Shown here: one piece after another, positions 1-14,579 of the stretch
How the letters are laid out: the number at the start of each line of letters is the position of its first letter
How positions within the stretch are numbered: the stretch's first letter is position 1
Source: Bugula neritina
Taxonomy: Eukaryota > Animalia > Bryozoa
NCBI GenBank assembly: GCA_964035545.1
Contig: OZ037766.1
Span: 32,106,773-32,170,772, forward strand
Direction: 5' to 3'
Length of the DNA stretch: 64,000 nucleotides
Program-made: the position numbers and the translations under genes
Notes under the pieces: generated by a model
Seen by the model: only the letters and a program-made list of their open reading frames with translations
Told to the model about the DNA's origin: nothing
Databases searched by the model: none

Positions 1-111
1 GATTTTATATCTTAAACAATATTTCTAGAATTAACTAGATAAAAAGAATGGAAGATTTCAATCCTCCCACTTTCCCCAGATGTCTTCTGGTTACAGAACA
101 ATCTTCCTCAC

Positions 112-3100
112 CTGAGTATGTTGTTATTAAACTGATTGTAACTTGCATACGTCATCAGACCACCCATACCTACTGACAGCGAGAAAAAGATTTGACCGGC
201 AGCGTCTACCCAGATCTACAAAAGGAGTCAAGAGATAATGCTGCCGGCACAGCAGTGCATGTATTATGGTAATAATGCTGTTAACACAGTGGTGTATGTA
301 TTATGGCAATAGAGCTTGTGACCCAGTGGTGTATGTATTATGGTAATGAGGCTGCTAACACAGTTTTCTGCTCAAAAATAAAGTCTTGTATCTATTCAAT
401 ACAAGTCATATATCCCTAGTGATTCAAGAGCTTAGTCTACTATTACAACCAACCTTCTTTTACATGGCATGTATTTAGAAGGTGATAGCACTAAAAAGGT
501 TGCTAGAGATACTATAAATACATATTCTGGTTTAAGATAAACTGCATTTCGGGTGGGTTGACACCCGTCCCTTACCTCTGGAGTTCCCAACTTAGTGAAG
601 TTTGGTGTAAGATAGAACTTCACGCCTTCTTTTGCTCCATCTAATGTGGCTCCATATATTAGAAGGATTATTATAATAACGTATGGGAAAGTTGCAGTGA
701 AATACACAACCTTTCCAGATGTTTTGATTCCTGGCAGAGAAAATAATCCCGAGATTAAAAATTCAATATAAGCAATGAAAAATACTAAATGCAATACAGA
801 AAAAAAATTTAATAAAATTTTGCTTGAATATTTTAAAGAAAAAACATATTAGGACTTTTATGACGCTGTTGAAAATCTAGAAATTTGCAAATTTAAAAAG
901 TTAAAATGCAAAGTAATTTAACTGCAACAAAAAACATTATTCTAATTAGCTCTAAATGATTATAAACTTATATGATGGGGAAACTAGCTTACTAAATATC
1001 TTGATATATATTAACAGCATCAGTTTTACCTTTAAGCATGCACAAGTAGACAACAATCCAGGAAAAGAGTAGAGTGAGAGTTATGTCCCATTTGGGGGCA
1101 CCAACATCCTCCATGGGTCTCATTACACCAGTGTTGTACCCGTCTTCATCCACATAGTTCTGTTTGTACATCTTCTGGCTATAGCAGATGGAGTATAGCA
1201 GTGTACTTGCTGAAGGAAGCTTTTACAATGATGTAACAAGCAAGTATATTTAATTCCTATATATATTGATATATTATTAATATAATATTAAATCATGCAT
1301 ATGATATAATACATGACATTATAATATAATATTTTATAACAATATTATATATTACTATAATATAATATTGTATACATGGTATATAATATAATGTATAATA
1401 TTATATTATATCAATATAATATAACATTATGTATATAATATTATATATAAACATGATATAATATTATATATAATATGGTATATAATATAATAAAATATTT
1501 AATACAATATAGTGTATATAATATAATATTATATTATATTCATACAATATTATAATGATGTATGGTTATACATGATCTATGTAAACACTTTAGCTTAACA
1601 TACAGAATATAAAATAAGATACGTCATGCCTTTTCTCTGTTTCTAAGACTATTAGACTGAGAATCTACCGGTTTATCTAGGCTAAAAGAAACGGAGGGTA
1701 AATATAATGCCCTTACTTGAAGAACTCTTCTGCAGCCGGAATTTTACTCTCATCTGGTAGAGTGCGTTTTTTGCCAGCTATTGTGTCGTTGAATTCCTCG
1801 ATGAATTTACCCAGAGCTACTACGCTGGCATTGTAACACTCTCTGAATAGATAAACAGCCCCAGTGGACGTCCCATTAGAATACTGCTCACACTCTATCT
1901 CTGCAGTGTTGTCAAAACATACTACAAAGATAAATCATATAAATAAAAATGAAAAAACGATAAATAGATATTAAGACAAACTAAAAAGATGCAAATATTA
2001 ATAATATTTTAATCAGACAAGAGCTTATTGTGCCCTTAGCTTATAAATTGATTAGAAAACATTAGTATAATATGCTTGTGTATCTAGTGATCCTTTTATT
2101 TATAAACTTGTAATATATATTCACAATATATTGACAGTATATAGGTAAAAAAGTTCATTAATAGAGCTTATTGTCATTTTTAGCTGAAGAAAATGCTTTG
2201 GTGCAGTTTCAATAGTAATTCCTGGAAAACAGAGTGAACTTTTATTAATAAAGAAATGAACTTTTGCTTTTCGTGAGTAACAGTGAAGTTTAAACTTAGA
2301 GGTTTAAAAAGCCCTTCTTTGACGTGACTAGATGAATCGACTAGGAATTCATGTTCATACACATTCAATACTATACAAGTTATAGCACTTGTTATAGCAC
2401 ACTGTAGCCAACAATAACAGTACAAAGTATCTCAACATTTCACAAATTATTTTCTTCTGTGAAATACTAGATTTTTAAACTGTTTGATTAGTGCCTGCTA
2501 AGTTTACAGCTTGCTGCATATAATATTTCCTATTCAAGTGCAGTAACTGGAAAATTTTATTAACCTAAGTTCTTCTTAATGAATTGTAGTTTGGGTTGTG
2601 GGTTAAAACTCCAGCAATAGAATATAACTTCCTTTGCAACAGAAAGCTGTTTGTTATACTTGAAGACATACAGGCACTGTTTAAGTTGAAGCTATGAGCA
2701 GTGCCACCATATTTCTAGAGCTGACGTCACAGTCACGTGACAAACATAACTGTTTCAGGTGTTAGAAGAATGCGATGAATGACCAGTGAGGGGTTATTTA
2801 AGTGCAACAGCTGTAAGAATTCTATAACTGCAAAACTAAACAGTAAGGAGGGGGAGGGGGCGCGCTTAGTAAACCTACCTTTTTGCGCAACCCACCTTGG
2901 GTTTCAAGCTAAGACTATCTGACAGAATACAGGATTACTAGACCTATTGCATGTCATATAATAGTCATCATAGAGAAATCAATCAAGCTTATCTTCACTT
3001 TTATTCTCTTGCCTGGAATTTTCAACTCAATGAGATAATTTATGGTTTGACAATTTTTCGGATAATTGTGTAACTTTCAGGTGCGTCAATGTAGTTGAAA

Positions 3101-6100
3101 GTAAGTAACAAGAAGCCATGTTTACCAACAGCTGAATATTCAAGTCCATTTCCAAGCATCATTTCTTTATGATAATACTTACAGACTGCAACTACTTAAC
3201 TTGCCTAGAGACTAAAGTTATATATTCTTTATATAATTGCCCGATTTAGCTCCTGCCCTTATAATTTGTTAGTTACAATTATTTCTCTAACCACCCGCCA
3301 GGATGCAAGTTGACAGCTTAAACAATAAGTCAGCATTGCTATTGTTGCTATTGTTGCATAAGTATTGGCAGCATGACTAGCAGCTAAATTACCAACACAT
3401 TAAAATACAATAACAATAATACTCAATTATATACTGAAAAGGAATTTTCAACAATATTATGAGATATTATATAACCCAAAGCAGCACCATGGCAGCTAAA
3501 TGCTTGTTGCCATAGCAATTAGATGCTTATTGTCATAATAATAATAGTGTTGCTATTTATAGCTTGTATTTCTGCAAACTCACGCTGACTTCAGCATATG
3601 CAGACTTCAACTCCATGAGGTTGCTCATTTCAATAATATGTTAAATTTCAATTAAATATACCTGAAGAGAAATATATAATCTCCTTAAAAGTGAATTTGG
3701 TGACAATTTGAATTTGGTTGTCTCAACTCACTTTGCAGAACAAAGAATCCAACGAAAATTTCTGTTTAATTCACTTCTTTAAAATCATAAGATTCAATTC
3801 TGTGTATAACAATTCATACTCCATCATTGCTTCAGACTTTCATATTGTGTTCAATGCTATACTACACTACTGTGTTATACTCCACCCCTGTGCTATACTC
3901 CACCCCTGTGTTATGTTCCACCCCTGTGCTATACTACACCACTGTGCTATACTACACTCCTGTGCTATACTACACCCCTGTGCTATGCTACACCACTGTG
4001 CTATGCTCCACCCCTGTGCTATACTACACCACTGTGCTATATTCCATCTCTGTGTCAGTACCACTAATTTAAGAAGCTTAGTACCTCTAGTATTACTTCT
4101 TGAAAGAGTGATACTGTTTACAGTGGTGAGAGTTATTAGTGGTACTAACTTACACTACCACAACCAATACAATGTCTATACAGTTGTGTGGCAAGATGAT
4201 GGAGAGAAACAACTTATACTCACAATCACTGTTCCACTTCTGGTCGCAGCCGACCCAAGGCAGGGAGGAGGTGAAGGAACTGAACATGTAGTAGAGTGCC
4301 CAGGTGATGACTACATTGTAGTACAGAGAACTGAAGAAAGATATGGCTATCATACCAACGCCAAGACCTACAAGCAGAGTGGATCATGTGACATGTGTCA
4401 GTATACAGCATATGTCATGTGACATGTGTCAGTATGCATGTGGCATGTGACATGTGACATATGTCAGTGTGCATGTGACATGTGCACTCGATGTGTCATG
4501 TGACATATGTCAGTATGCATGTGGCAAGTGACATTTGTCATGTGACATGTAATGTTTAACAGTGTGCATGTGACATGTGCACTCGATGTGTCATGTGACA
4601 TATGTCAGTATGCATGTGGCAAGTGACATTTGTCATGTGACATGTAATGTTTAACAGTGTGCATGTGACATGTGCACTCGATGTGTCATGTGACATATGT
4701 CAGTATGCATGTGGCAAGTGACATTTGTCATGTGACATGTAATGTTTAACAGTGTGCATGTGACATGTTTCCTGTGATCATATGGCATGTGTCATGTCAC
4801 ATGTGACAGGTGATTATGTAACATGTGTCTTGTGACGTGTGACATGTGCAGCAACTTAGCCTTTTACCTTTTACATTGGAATAGAAGGGAAACAGAATAT
4901 ATAAAAAGTAATTAAGATATTTCATTTATGATCAACAAACCAGAGTGAGTCATGTGACAAACATTTTGATGAAGCTTTGTGAAATTATTACTTGGCATAA
5001 CTACAATATTATATTTTGGTGTTGAATATAATACAGCAGCCCAGCTAAATAAAAATAAAGCCAATATAATGCATATAAACATAACATGCTGACACATAGC
5101 AATATCAACTTGCTGATATTAAAATTTATTTGGTGATAAAAGACTTTGCCTGTTCTTGCAAGTTTAGCAAATTCTCTTTAAACTTCATTTTTTTAAGAAA
5201 TTCAAAATGAAATTATTCAATTCATGACTTCAGCCAAGAAAGACTCACTTCATAGCTGTGACTTTTTATGATACATGATTGAATAGAAGCTATTTATCAA
5301 TTTAGTTCCTTTGGTTAGCATTTGGACTGCAGCATTAATAAATTTACTAAATTAGTTGTAACTTGAAGCACGTTGACATAACATGCTTATCTAGGCAGTC
5401 ATCTGCAGGCAGGGTATAAATTGGTGTTAAGTTTCTGTTTAAACAGTCTTTTCAACAGGCGAATTTGCAGCCAAATAAACTCTTTACAAAATCACAAACT
5501 AAGCCCGTGACTTATTAACTAAGAATTTCCTGTTGGTTGTTTATAAAAGGGTTGCTAGGATACAGCTAAATTATGCAACAGGGTGATTTATCTCTCTTCT
5601 AGATTAACTCCATTGAATTATGAAGTTAAAATTAAATCAACAAGATTTACATTTTTGGTCATACATTTTATATGGAAATGTAAAACTTGCTCTAAGAGCT
5701 ATTTATATCTTTTTCAAATTTAATTCTGAAATTCATGTGGCTACAAAATTTGCATTTCTTTTTTATGTAACTTTGATGCTGTAATATTTGCCTATTAATT
5801 CCTATATCAAATTGTATATAAGGTCAAAAACAAAATTAAACATAATACCATGGTGAAATATTTTAGATAGGGAAAAACTACCGTCCCAGTGATTTCATTA
5901 ATTTTGTCATCTCTATATTTAAAACACTGGCACATACCTTTAAAGATCGGCGACAACTCAAAGAGCTTATTTGGCCCAACGCCACCGTATTGTCCCAAGA
6001 TAACCTCCATGAAGAAAATAGGTAGCCCGGCAAACGCCAACATTATAAAATATGGGATGAGAAAAGCACCTGCAAAAAAATTTAAAAAAAATTCCAATTA

Positions 6101-9100
6101 CTGGTATTAATCTACAAGTGAAATATGTGTGGCTATAAATTGACAGCTCATAGTAGCTTCAATGGTTGCTGAGTGGAAAGCTTCGTTTACAGCAGATCTG
6201 GAATGATATTTATCAAGTGAGTGAATCCAGTGATGGTTAAATACCTTTTCACTGACACATGCCTTTGAACTGTAACAAATTTGAACTTAACAGCTCCATA
6301 AACTTTATTTATGAGGTGAATTAATAGACTTATGGTTAATGAAAATGCTCTATATAATAGCAGACTGGTGTTCTGAACAAGCCTCTGATGTAACCTTGCA
6401 ACTAAGATCACAGCTTCAGTTGCAGCCTGCAGGAAAATTCTTTCACCAATTTAACTAATTTATTATAGCAATTTATCAAGTGGGAAATTGATTTTGAATT
6501 TCTGATTTTATTTTTAAATGCCAACATTACAAAAGTTCACGGCATGCCTTCATGTTGTTGAATACAAACAAAGCTATTTTAGTTGAAAGTTTTCTCTACC
6601 CCCAGCAGTGAAATAAGACTATATTGAAATTCGAGCGAAACTGCTTAGTTTAACTGAGCTTCAGTTAAAATATCCCCCTTCCCAACAAATGGTGACTCAT
6701 CGCACATGCTACGCGGTGATTCAATTTTATAAATAATATAATGCTAACTAGTGTATTTAGCTATAATCAAAGAACTTTTGTGAATATTTTAAGACAACTC
6801 ATTGGCTTAAGCAACATTTGTATAATTAGAACATGTTCTGCACACCCAATGTGAATCAATATGATAAAAGTTCTGTTCATGACAGACTGTGTTTAAAAGG
6901 TCAGCATTTACAGAAAACAAAGTGGCTCTGTAATATAAAATCTGTCCAACAGCTGAAGGAAATCAATAATGAATGCTTTTCTGTAATTTTAGATAGAATT
7001 ATGATTCTGCAAGGTTTTAAAGAGTTATTGCAAACTTATGTTTTCAAAACTTATATAATACAAAACAACTAGTAATGGGAAAACTCGTTTCTTATTACCT
7101 CTCGGTTTCAGTAGGTAACAAACAACATTAACATAGACAAAGTTGTTGACGCTCTAACAAAACGTAATTCTCAGTTTCTAGGTCAATAAAGTCAGCTACA
7201 ACAAAATTACTTTGTGTGCTGTAATTGGATGAAGTGCGAGTTGTAACTATGTAGAAAGTGATTGGGTATTGTGTGACTGTAGAGAGTGACTGAGAAAAGA
7301 GTGACTGAAATGAAGGTATAAGTACACATTTTGATTTGCGTGGTATAAAAGAATTTTTGTGTGGGTGTGTTTGCTACAAAAAATTCTCTAAATTAATGCA
7401 TTAAAATAAATTATTTTGTCCAAATGACTTTTTTGCATTCATGAAGTTCAGATCCACTACTCCTTGTAACACTTTATACTCTAGATAGCTATTAGCTAAT
7501 TTTGTAACTGCTTCTTTACAAAATTGACTAGTAGAATATCTACTTGCATTGAACCTAGTTTTGAATGACGGCAGTGAATTCTTGTATTTTCAGAATGGGT
7601 TTCATATTAGCGCAAAGTTAGCCATCATCTCCATTGACCACTTGACAGTCATCAGTATCACTTACTGCAGCATTATGATGGTTATTTGCACTTAAAACTA
7701 TGCATGGCCTATAATACACTTTTATATTACATTATTATTCATATATTTAATATACAATGTAATATATAGAGGCACTGCAGGTGCAGAATTACATATTTTC
7801 CAAATAATGCCAGTATGAGCAAATATTTGCACATTTAGCGTAAGAACCAATGCACATATGAAGTCGTGCTCTAAACTAAAAGTTAAAAGCCCAAGCTAAC
7901 AAATCTAGTGGAAGTGTTTTTTTGATATTCGACCAACCATGAAATACCAACCTTTACGGGAGTGCAAGAACCCTGGGAGATGGTTTCAAATCTAGAAATA
8001 CTTTTTTTACTTGTCCAATTTTAAGTTTGACTAGTGTTGTCTTCATTAAGTTAAACCCAAACTTATCAAGAAGTCAACACAGTATTACTTAAAGTGGGAT
8101 CATGGGATAACAGATGGGAAATATATAAGTGTAAAACTACGCGACATTTGGTTATTAAGGGGTCTTCAAACTGTCTTTATTAATTATTTACAATATTTCT
8201 AAGTTTAAACTTTAAAGCTCTCTCTCCTTATTTGATATGCCAAAAGAAACCATATATAGCAAAGTGTTGAAGCAAAGTCTATGACTTAACTATCTATATT
8301 TTAATACCATATCTTACTGTCATTATGAGAATCCCTCTCTTATAAACCTGTTCTACAAATACTACTAGCAATAGTTACTAATATAACGGCCCCACCTCCT
8401 CCATTTTTCCAGCACATCCAGGGGAATCTCCAGACGTTACCAAGACCGACAGCGTAACCGAGAGCCGACAGAACAAATTCGGCAGCACTGCCCCATTTCC
8501 CTCTGTCGTTCTCCTTACTCTCATCACCTTCCTGGTCGCTGGGTTCAACTTTGCTTTCGGAGGCAGGTTTCTAAGGGGTTTATGTGACATGGAATAAGTA
8601 TAATGCACTGACACCATATGCAAAGTGTCTGTTGATTAACATCATGCTGCCTTTAGTTCCAGTAAAATGTCAGCATTGGTATAGTATTTTTATATCAATA
8701 ATTTAGCTCCTAAAATTGGATTCTTAGACCATTCTATAAATGATTTGAGTTCTGTTCTAGTAAGAGCAGATAAACAACAGGCATCTCTAATATTATTCAA
8801 AGTAATTTATTTTGCATCTGTAACAAAATAGGTTCAATTATGAATTAACTGTAGAAATATTTATTGGACAACTGCCTCACTCCATTAGAGGCTGAACCAA
8901 CATAATTATTTAATTATTCCTATCCTAAAGCAAATCAGCTGATCAATGGGTCTCGTGCAAATCTGTTAGCTTAGGCCTTAGGGTTTTCAAACTTGCAACA
9001 AAATTGTACCATAAACTTTAAGTCATGAAACATAAAATAACATACAAAGCCAAAGTCTATAATTATTGCAACTAAAAGTGAAAGTAAATACAGTGAAGAT

Positions 9101-9227
9101 AGTAGCTAGAATAATGTTACAGATACCACATCACCTTCTCTACTATATCATCATCAAAGTCTCCAAATAAGGACTTGAGAAATCTTTGACAGAATGGTAG
9201 TTTCTTCTCTCCTTCACTGTCAGCCAT
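112..9227 (-). CDS. SLC6 Na+/Cl- dependent amino-acid transporter (glycine/proline-like branch), 5' part; 3' exons lie left of the window (SLC6-A)
   Basis: Phase-consistent GT-AG exons: 9227-9135, 8570-8396, 6069-5938, 4367-4224, 1921-1717, 1178-1030, 730-576, 215-112. SNF motifs: [109 protein letters not shown]. Gly rather than Asp in TM1 argues against a monoamine transporter. Confidence 0.93.
3868..4045. repeat. 18-bp minisatellite (tgtgctatactacacccc-like), about 10 copies, SLC6-A intron 4
   Basis: Direct tandem periodicity; source of the CAILHP/STPVLY pseudo-ORFs. Confidence 0.9.
4384..4850. repeat. CATGTGA-rich repeat with a 95-bp higher-order unit (3+ copies from 4466)
   Basis: Near-identical 95-bp blocks start at 4466, 4561 and 4656; the array abuts the SLC6-A exon 4 acceptor. 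Confidence 0.9.
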
Positions 9228-10405
9228 TTTGGTCAGCAACTAACGCTTAGTTTATGCAACTGACGCAAGAGAATGAAGCTGTATGACTGATCCAGGTCCC
9301 ACAAATACAGCTTCTATTGCATAAGCAACGTAAGTGCTGCTTAAAGCACACAAAAGGACTTTGAGAGTTACAAAAGATTAATGAGGTCTGAGTTGCAATG
9401 AGAAGAAAGGATCAATTCATTGTCATATGGAATTGCAGAGCATGACTGTTGACTGTAATCCAGGGGTGGATTAACACCACCCCTTCTTTAGCTTTCAAGA
9501 AAAACCACTGTTTAGGTTGCCATTGGCCGTAACTATGGAAACACAAACCATATGTTGATGTGTTACCAGTCACAAACAATCCTTTCCTTTAATTGGTAGA
9601 TATTTCAGATTAAAATGCCAATTAACATATCCATCAGCCTGTTATGACTTCTGGGATATATATTATTAGGTTAGTTAAAATTTTTTTGGCTAATGATATA
9701 TCCGATGATTAAGAAGACCTACGACTGTCGTGAGAGGTACTAGCATCAGGAGCTATTTTAATATCCATTTTATAAATTATGCCATTTTCTCCAGATAATT
9801 TACTATTTTGCTAATGTTAGGTGATTGCTAAACTGTTGGTATTTTAGTGCCTAGTTGCTTGCATTATTTTCTACACTCTGAATTTTTGATAAAAATTATC
9901 ATTTATTATATTGAAGAAGTAAAGCATGATATAATTAAAAGCCTGAAACATTGTAGCCTAATACCAGAATGACCAACTAAGCCAGAAAAATATTTAGCTA
10001 GACGTTACATGAATACCGTTGAAGTATATTGTATATGTATATTGCATATAATATGTATATGCTTGAAAACTATTGCTTTCAGAATTTATTATGAGAACTT
10101 GTTTTAGAATTATACACTAACAATAGAAAACCTGTCTGGGTAACTTCAAACTTATCATCAGTAAATTTATATTCAAAGTTGTTTGCTCTTGGTAATGCTA
10201 TACTTTTATATCATTGGCGAGTTTCTTCATTTTGAAATGGCACACTGTTTCAAAACCCGGCGATATTTCAATAGCTAAAAATGCAACTTTCTTCTACTCG
10301 GTACTTGATGCTTTAAAAATCTAATGAGCGCTCAACGTGATAAATAGGCGAAACTTTCAAAGTTTAACCTGCCTATTTTAATGTGTTTGTTCATATATAA
10401 TCATA

Positions 10406-12298
10406 ATGACAACTTTAGCAGGAAATACAACGGCAGATGCTTCTCTTTCCAAACCAGACGTTGATGATGAAAGCTGGCTTTATGGAGGTATAAAATTACA
10501 ATAAATGTCCCAGTCTGAGTCAAGTGATGTTTTAATTTTAATTTTAGTTTGACTAATGTCGGATTTAAAATGGTTAAATGACCATTATAAATAAAATTAT
10601 ATTACTATTACTATAAGTATAGGTATAACTATAAGTATTATAATTTTTTACTATTAAGTAATAAGTATTAAAGTAAATTGGTCATTTACTCACAGTCACA
10701 GTGACAGTGAGACTGGGTGTGACACTCACTTGATTTATTTTTAGTCATTCTAATTCTTTTAGTTTTCACTCCGACATTCATTCATCATTGTGATACGGAT
10801 AGTGATGCTGATTGTGGTTTTTTATTTTCAAATCATTATCATTATGATTGTCACTTCTAAGTTCAAATTTTAATTTAAGACTCAAGTCACAAGTGCTCCT
10901 TTTAAAAATAGAAACCCAAATTAAAATTAAATTCAAAATGAAAATTTTAATTTAAATTCAAATTGAATTATTCATGTTCATCTTGTCATGTAATCAGCAG
11001 TAAAGGTAATTGTAGGTGTCGCAAAATCTGTGACATTTACTTTCAGCCTTACAGTTACTGTACTGTTCATGTTGACGAAGTGAGAGTAAATGTTGGACTT
11101 GTCACTATTATGAATAAGAAACAATATTGGAGGTTAGAAGTGGTCCAGTGTTATTCATATTATAACTATGAGTATGAATATGTCTTCTAGATTCAGTGCA
11201 AGCTTAAGGCTAATATAAGTTTAAGCAATAAAACTGAAATATAAATATGTAATTAAAACTATTATACTTGGTACAGTAATACTAATGATTGTGTTGATAA
11301 TACTAATACTAATAAATTTAGATACTCTCTGTAAATTACTGTATTAGTAATTCATACTTGCTATATGGTGAGCATGCCAGTATAACTATAAGAGTAAAAG
11401 TAAGTATTATTTTGATTTTGATGGTAACTGTTCGTTGTTGTTACCATGAAATTTGAAAGCTGAACAAAATATTTCTCATGCAGTGTCATTAGGCTTAATT
11501 GCAGAGTTATATTTACTGTGGTAGTTCAATTCAGTCTAAGGTTCAGCTTAGTTTAATTATTACGATTAGTATTAGTTGTATACTTGATCATAAATTTAGG
11601 TCTACAAAGACTTAAGTTAAGACTTGTGAAAGAGATAGTATAACGCTAGCTTTATTGTTGATATTATTAGTAGTGCTACATTTGACACTAGCATAGAGTC
11701 ACTGCTTTACCTACAGTCACAATTGACTTAGTCATGAGGTTTCTTTGTCCTTCTTAGTGTCACTGTATGGTGGTAGCACCAAAGGCAAAGTTTCAGAGAA
11801 AAGAAATAAATTGCTTGTAAATATATGCTTAGATCTGGTTTGTTGTACTATAAACACTAAATTTTAATCTCAAAATATCAAAATTTTGTTTCTTTTAGAT
11901 CCCCTTTCAGTCTTTCCTGCATTCTATTTGTACTCAACATGTCTGTGAGCTGTAAGACAATAAGTTTGTTGATACTAATTCTGTTTGTCCTTTAGAATCG
12001 GAGGAGAAAGAGGAGAGTAGTGTTTCCCAGCCAGCCGCTACACCCCACACCGGGCCAGCAGTAGCTAGTGAGAGTGAGCCCGTTGCCGATGTACCCGCTG
12101 CTGATACACCTGCTGCCGTTGTGGAAGGGGGTGACGAGAGAGAAGCCGGAGAGCTGGATGACGACTGTGACACTGCCTCGGGTACGAAGGAGACCGAAAG
12201 TGGTCAGATAGAAGACGACTCTGACGAAGAGGACGATGACGTGCAGATCACTATCGGGGATATTAAAACCGGGGCTCAGTGAGTGCATTCTTCCAGCT

Positions 12299-12381
<83 letters not shown>

Positions 12382-14383
12382 ACAGTGAACAGTGCATTCT
12401 TCCAGCTCTCCCTCTCTGTAACAGTGAACAGTGCATTCTTCCAGCTCTCCCTCTCTGTAACAGTGAACAGTGCATTCTTCCAGCTCTCCCTCTCTGTGTA
12501 ACAGTGAACAGTGCATTCTTCCAGCTCTCCCTCTCTGTGTAACAGTGAACAGTGCATTCTTCCAGCTCTCCCTCTCTCCCTCCCTCCCTTCCTCTCCCTC
12601 TCTGTGTAACAGTGAACAGTGCATTCTTCCAGCTCTCCCTCTCTGTAACAGTGAACAGTGCATTCTTCCAGCTCTCCCTCTCTGTGTAACAGTGAACAGT
12701 GCATTCTTCCAGCTCTCCCTCTCTGTGTAACAGTGAACAGTGCATTCTTCCAGCTCTCCCTCTCTGTGTAACAGTGAACAGTGCATTCTTCCAGCTCTCC
12801 CTCTCTGTGTAACAGTGAACAGTGAAAACATTGCTAATAGAATGTTGTTATTCAGTTTGTCACCTCTTTCTGTACAAAGTTTTCTATTTGAAGAAATAAT
12901 GACTCGTCATTGGTTGGTTTACACTAGTATTTTTAACTTATTTTGCAAATGTTACAATTTTCTGATGACCTTAGTATGACCAAAAGCACATGACCGGTGA
13001 CATTATGAGACTATTTGTTCAGACCAGAGTTGTCTTCTATGTTAACCATTTCTTATTCCAGTAATGGGGAGTTATCCACTCTTGTTTCAGGGCACAAAGA
13101 TTCTCTGCTACTCCCGGTGCTCCAGCATCAGGTCGTCCAAGGCCAAATGTCACCGTGAAAACTGCGTCAACTAAGGCTCTAGACATCAATGCAGAGGGAG
13201 AAATCAATGGCGTGCCTACATATGATTTTGACCTTGACAATCTGAAGCTCGATGAGATGCCGTGGAGAAAACCTGGTAAAGCATTGTTATTCACTTCGTG
13301 TTTTCTGACACCTTCTCTGTAGTAAATACTGACACCTTGTAGTGAATACTGACACCTTGTAGTAAATACTGACACCTTGTAGTAAATACTGACACCTTGT
13401 AGTGAATACTGACACCTTGTAGTAAATACTGACACCTTGTAGTAAATACTGACGCCTTGTAGTAAATACTGACACCTTGTAGTAAATACTGACACCTTGT
13501 AGTAAATACTGACGCCTTGTAGTAAATACTGACACCTTGTAGTAAATACTGACACCTTGCAGTGCTGACAGGAAACACTGTAATACACCCGCAGGTGCTG
13601 ATATCACGGATTACTTCAACTACGGGTTCACGGAAGACACCTGGAAGATCTACTCCCAGCGGCAGAACATTTTGAGGAGTCAGAACGGCTACGTCTTGCC
13701 GAATATTCTACCTCCCAATCGTATGACCACCAAAAGCATCAGCGTAAGTATTTGCTGCCTACTGTGACGGCAGCATCTTCTCAGGACCCCGTAGACAGTA
13801 CAACACCGACACAACTGCGATACGTCTTTCTAATCTGAAGAGCTTACATGTCTTTATCCTACACGTTGCTTTTTATTTCTGACAGGGTTTCAGTATTCAG
13901 AGTATTTGTAGATAGTAGACTGTGGATAGTAGAGTGTATAGAGTATACTGCAGACACTGTACTGTAGATGGTGTTTTAATATAGACAATATTGTAATATA
14001 GACATTGTTGTAATATAGACAGTATTCTACTGTAGCATGCACTGTGTTTACAGGCTGTAGGTGCGGCACCCACATTATCTAAAGTCACTCCAGTCGGCAC
14101 CAACGTCAGTATCGTAAAGGAGCCGAATATACCCTCTGCTGTGCAGGTCAAACCCTCCGGTTAGTCTTACTCTGTGGAAGTTAGAAATGTTCTGTAGGGT
14201 TTGCACATTGCTCTCGTTCACCTATTTTAGTCAATTTGATTTCAGCTGTCGTTGTGAAAACTCCGACTGGCAACGCCACGAATGTAACAATTTTAAAGCC
14301 AACCACATCTGCTGCGATGGAACCAAAGCCAGACTTGTAAGTGTCCCAAGTGTTTCATTACAATATGCAGCAGCAGTAGCAGT

Positions 14384-14439
<56 letters not shown>

Positions 14440-14488
14440 CAGTAGTAGTAGTAGTAGTAGTAGTAGTAGCAGTAGTAGTAGTAGTAGT

Positions 14489-14532
<44 letters not shown>

Positions 14533-14539
14533 TAGTAGC

Positions 14540-14579
<40 letters not shown>

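Noticed and set aside
3718-4422. 234-aa Cys/His-rich ORF and overlapping ORFs
   Set aside because: Produced by an 18-bp minisatellite plus the antisense of SLC6-A exon 4.
11934-13607. Several long ORFs (RE repeats, TTRCQYLLQG repeats)
   Set aside because: Translations of intronic minisatellites and the antisense of FIP1L1 exons.
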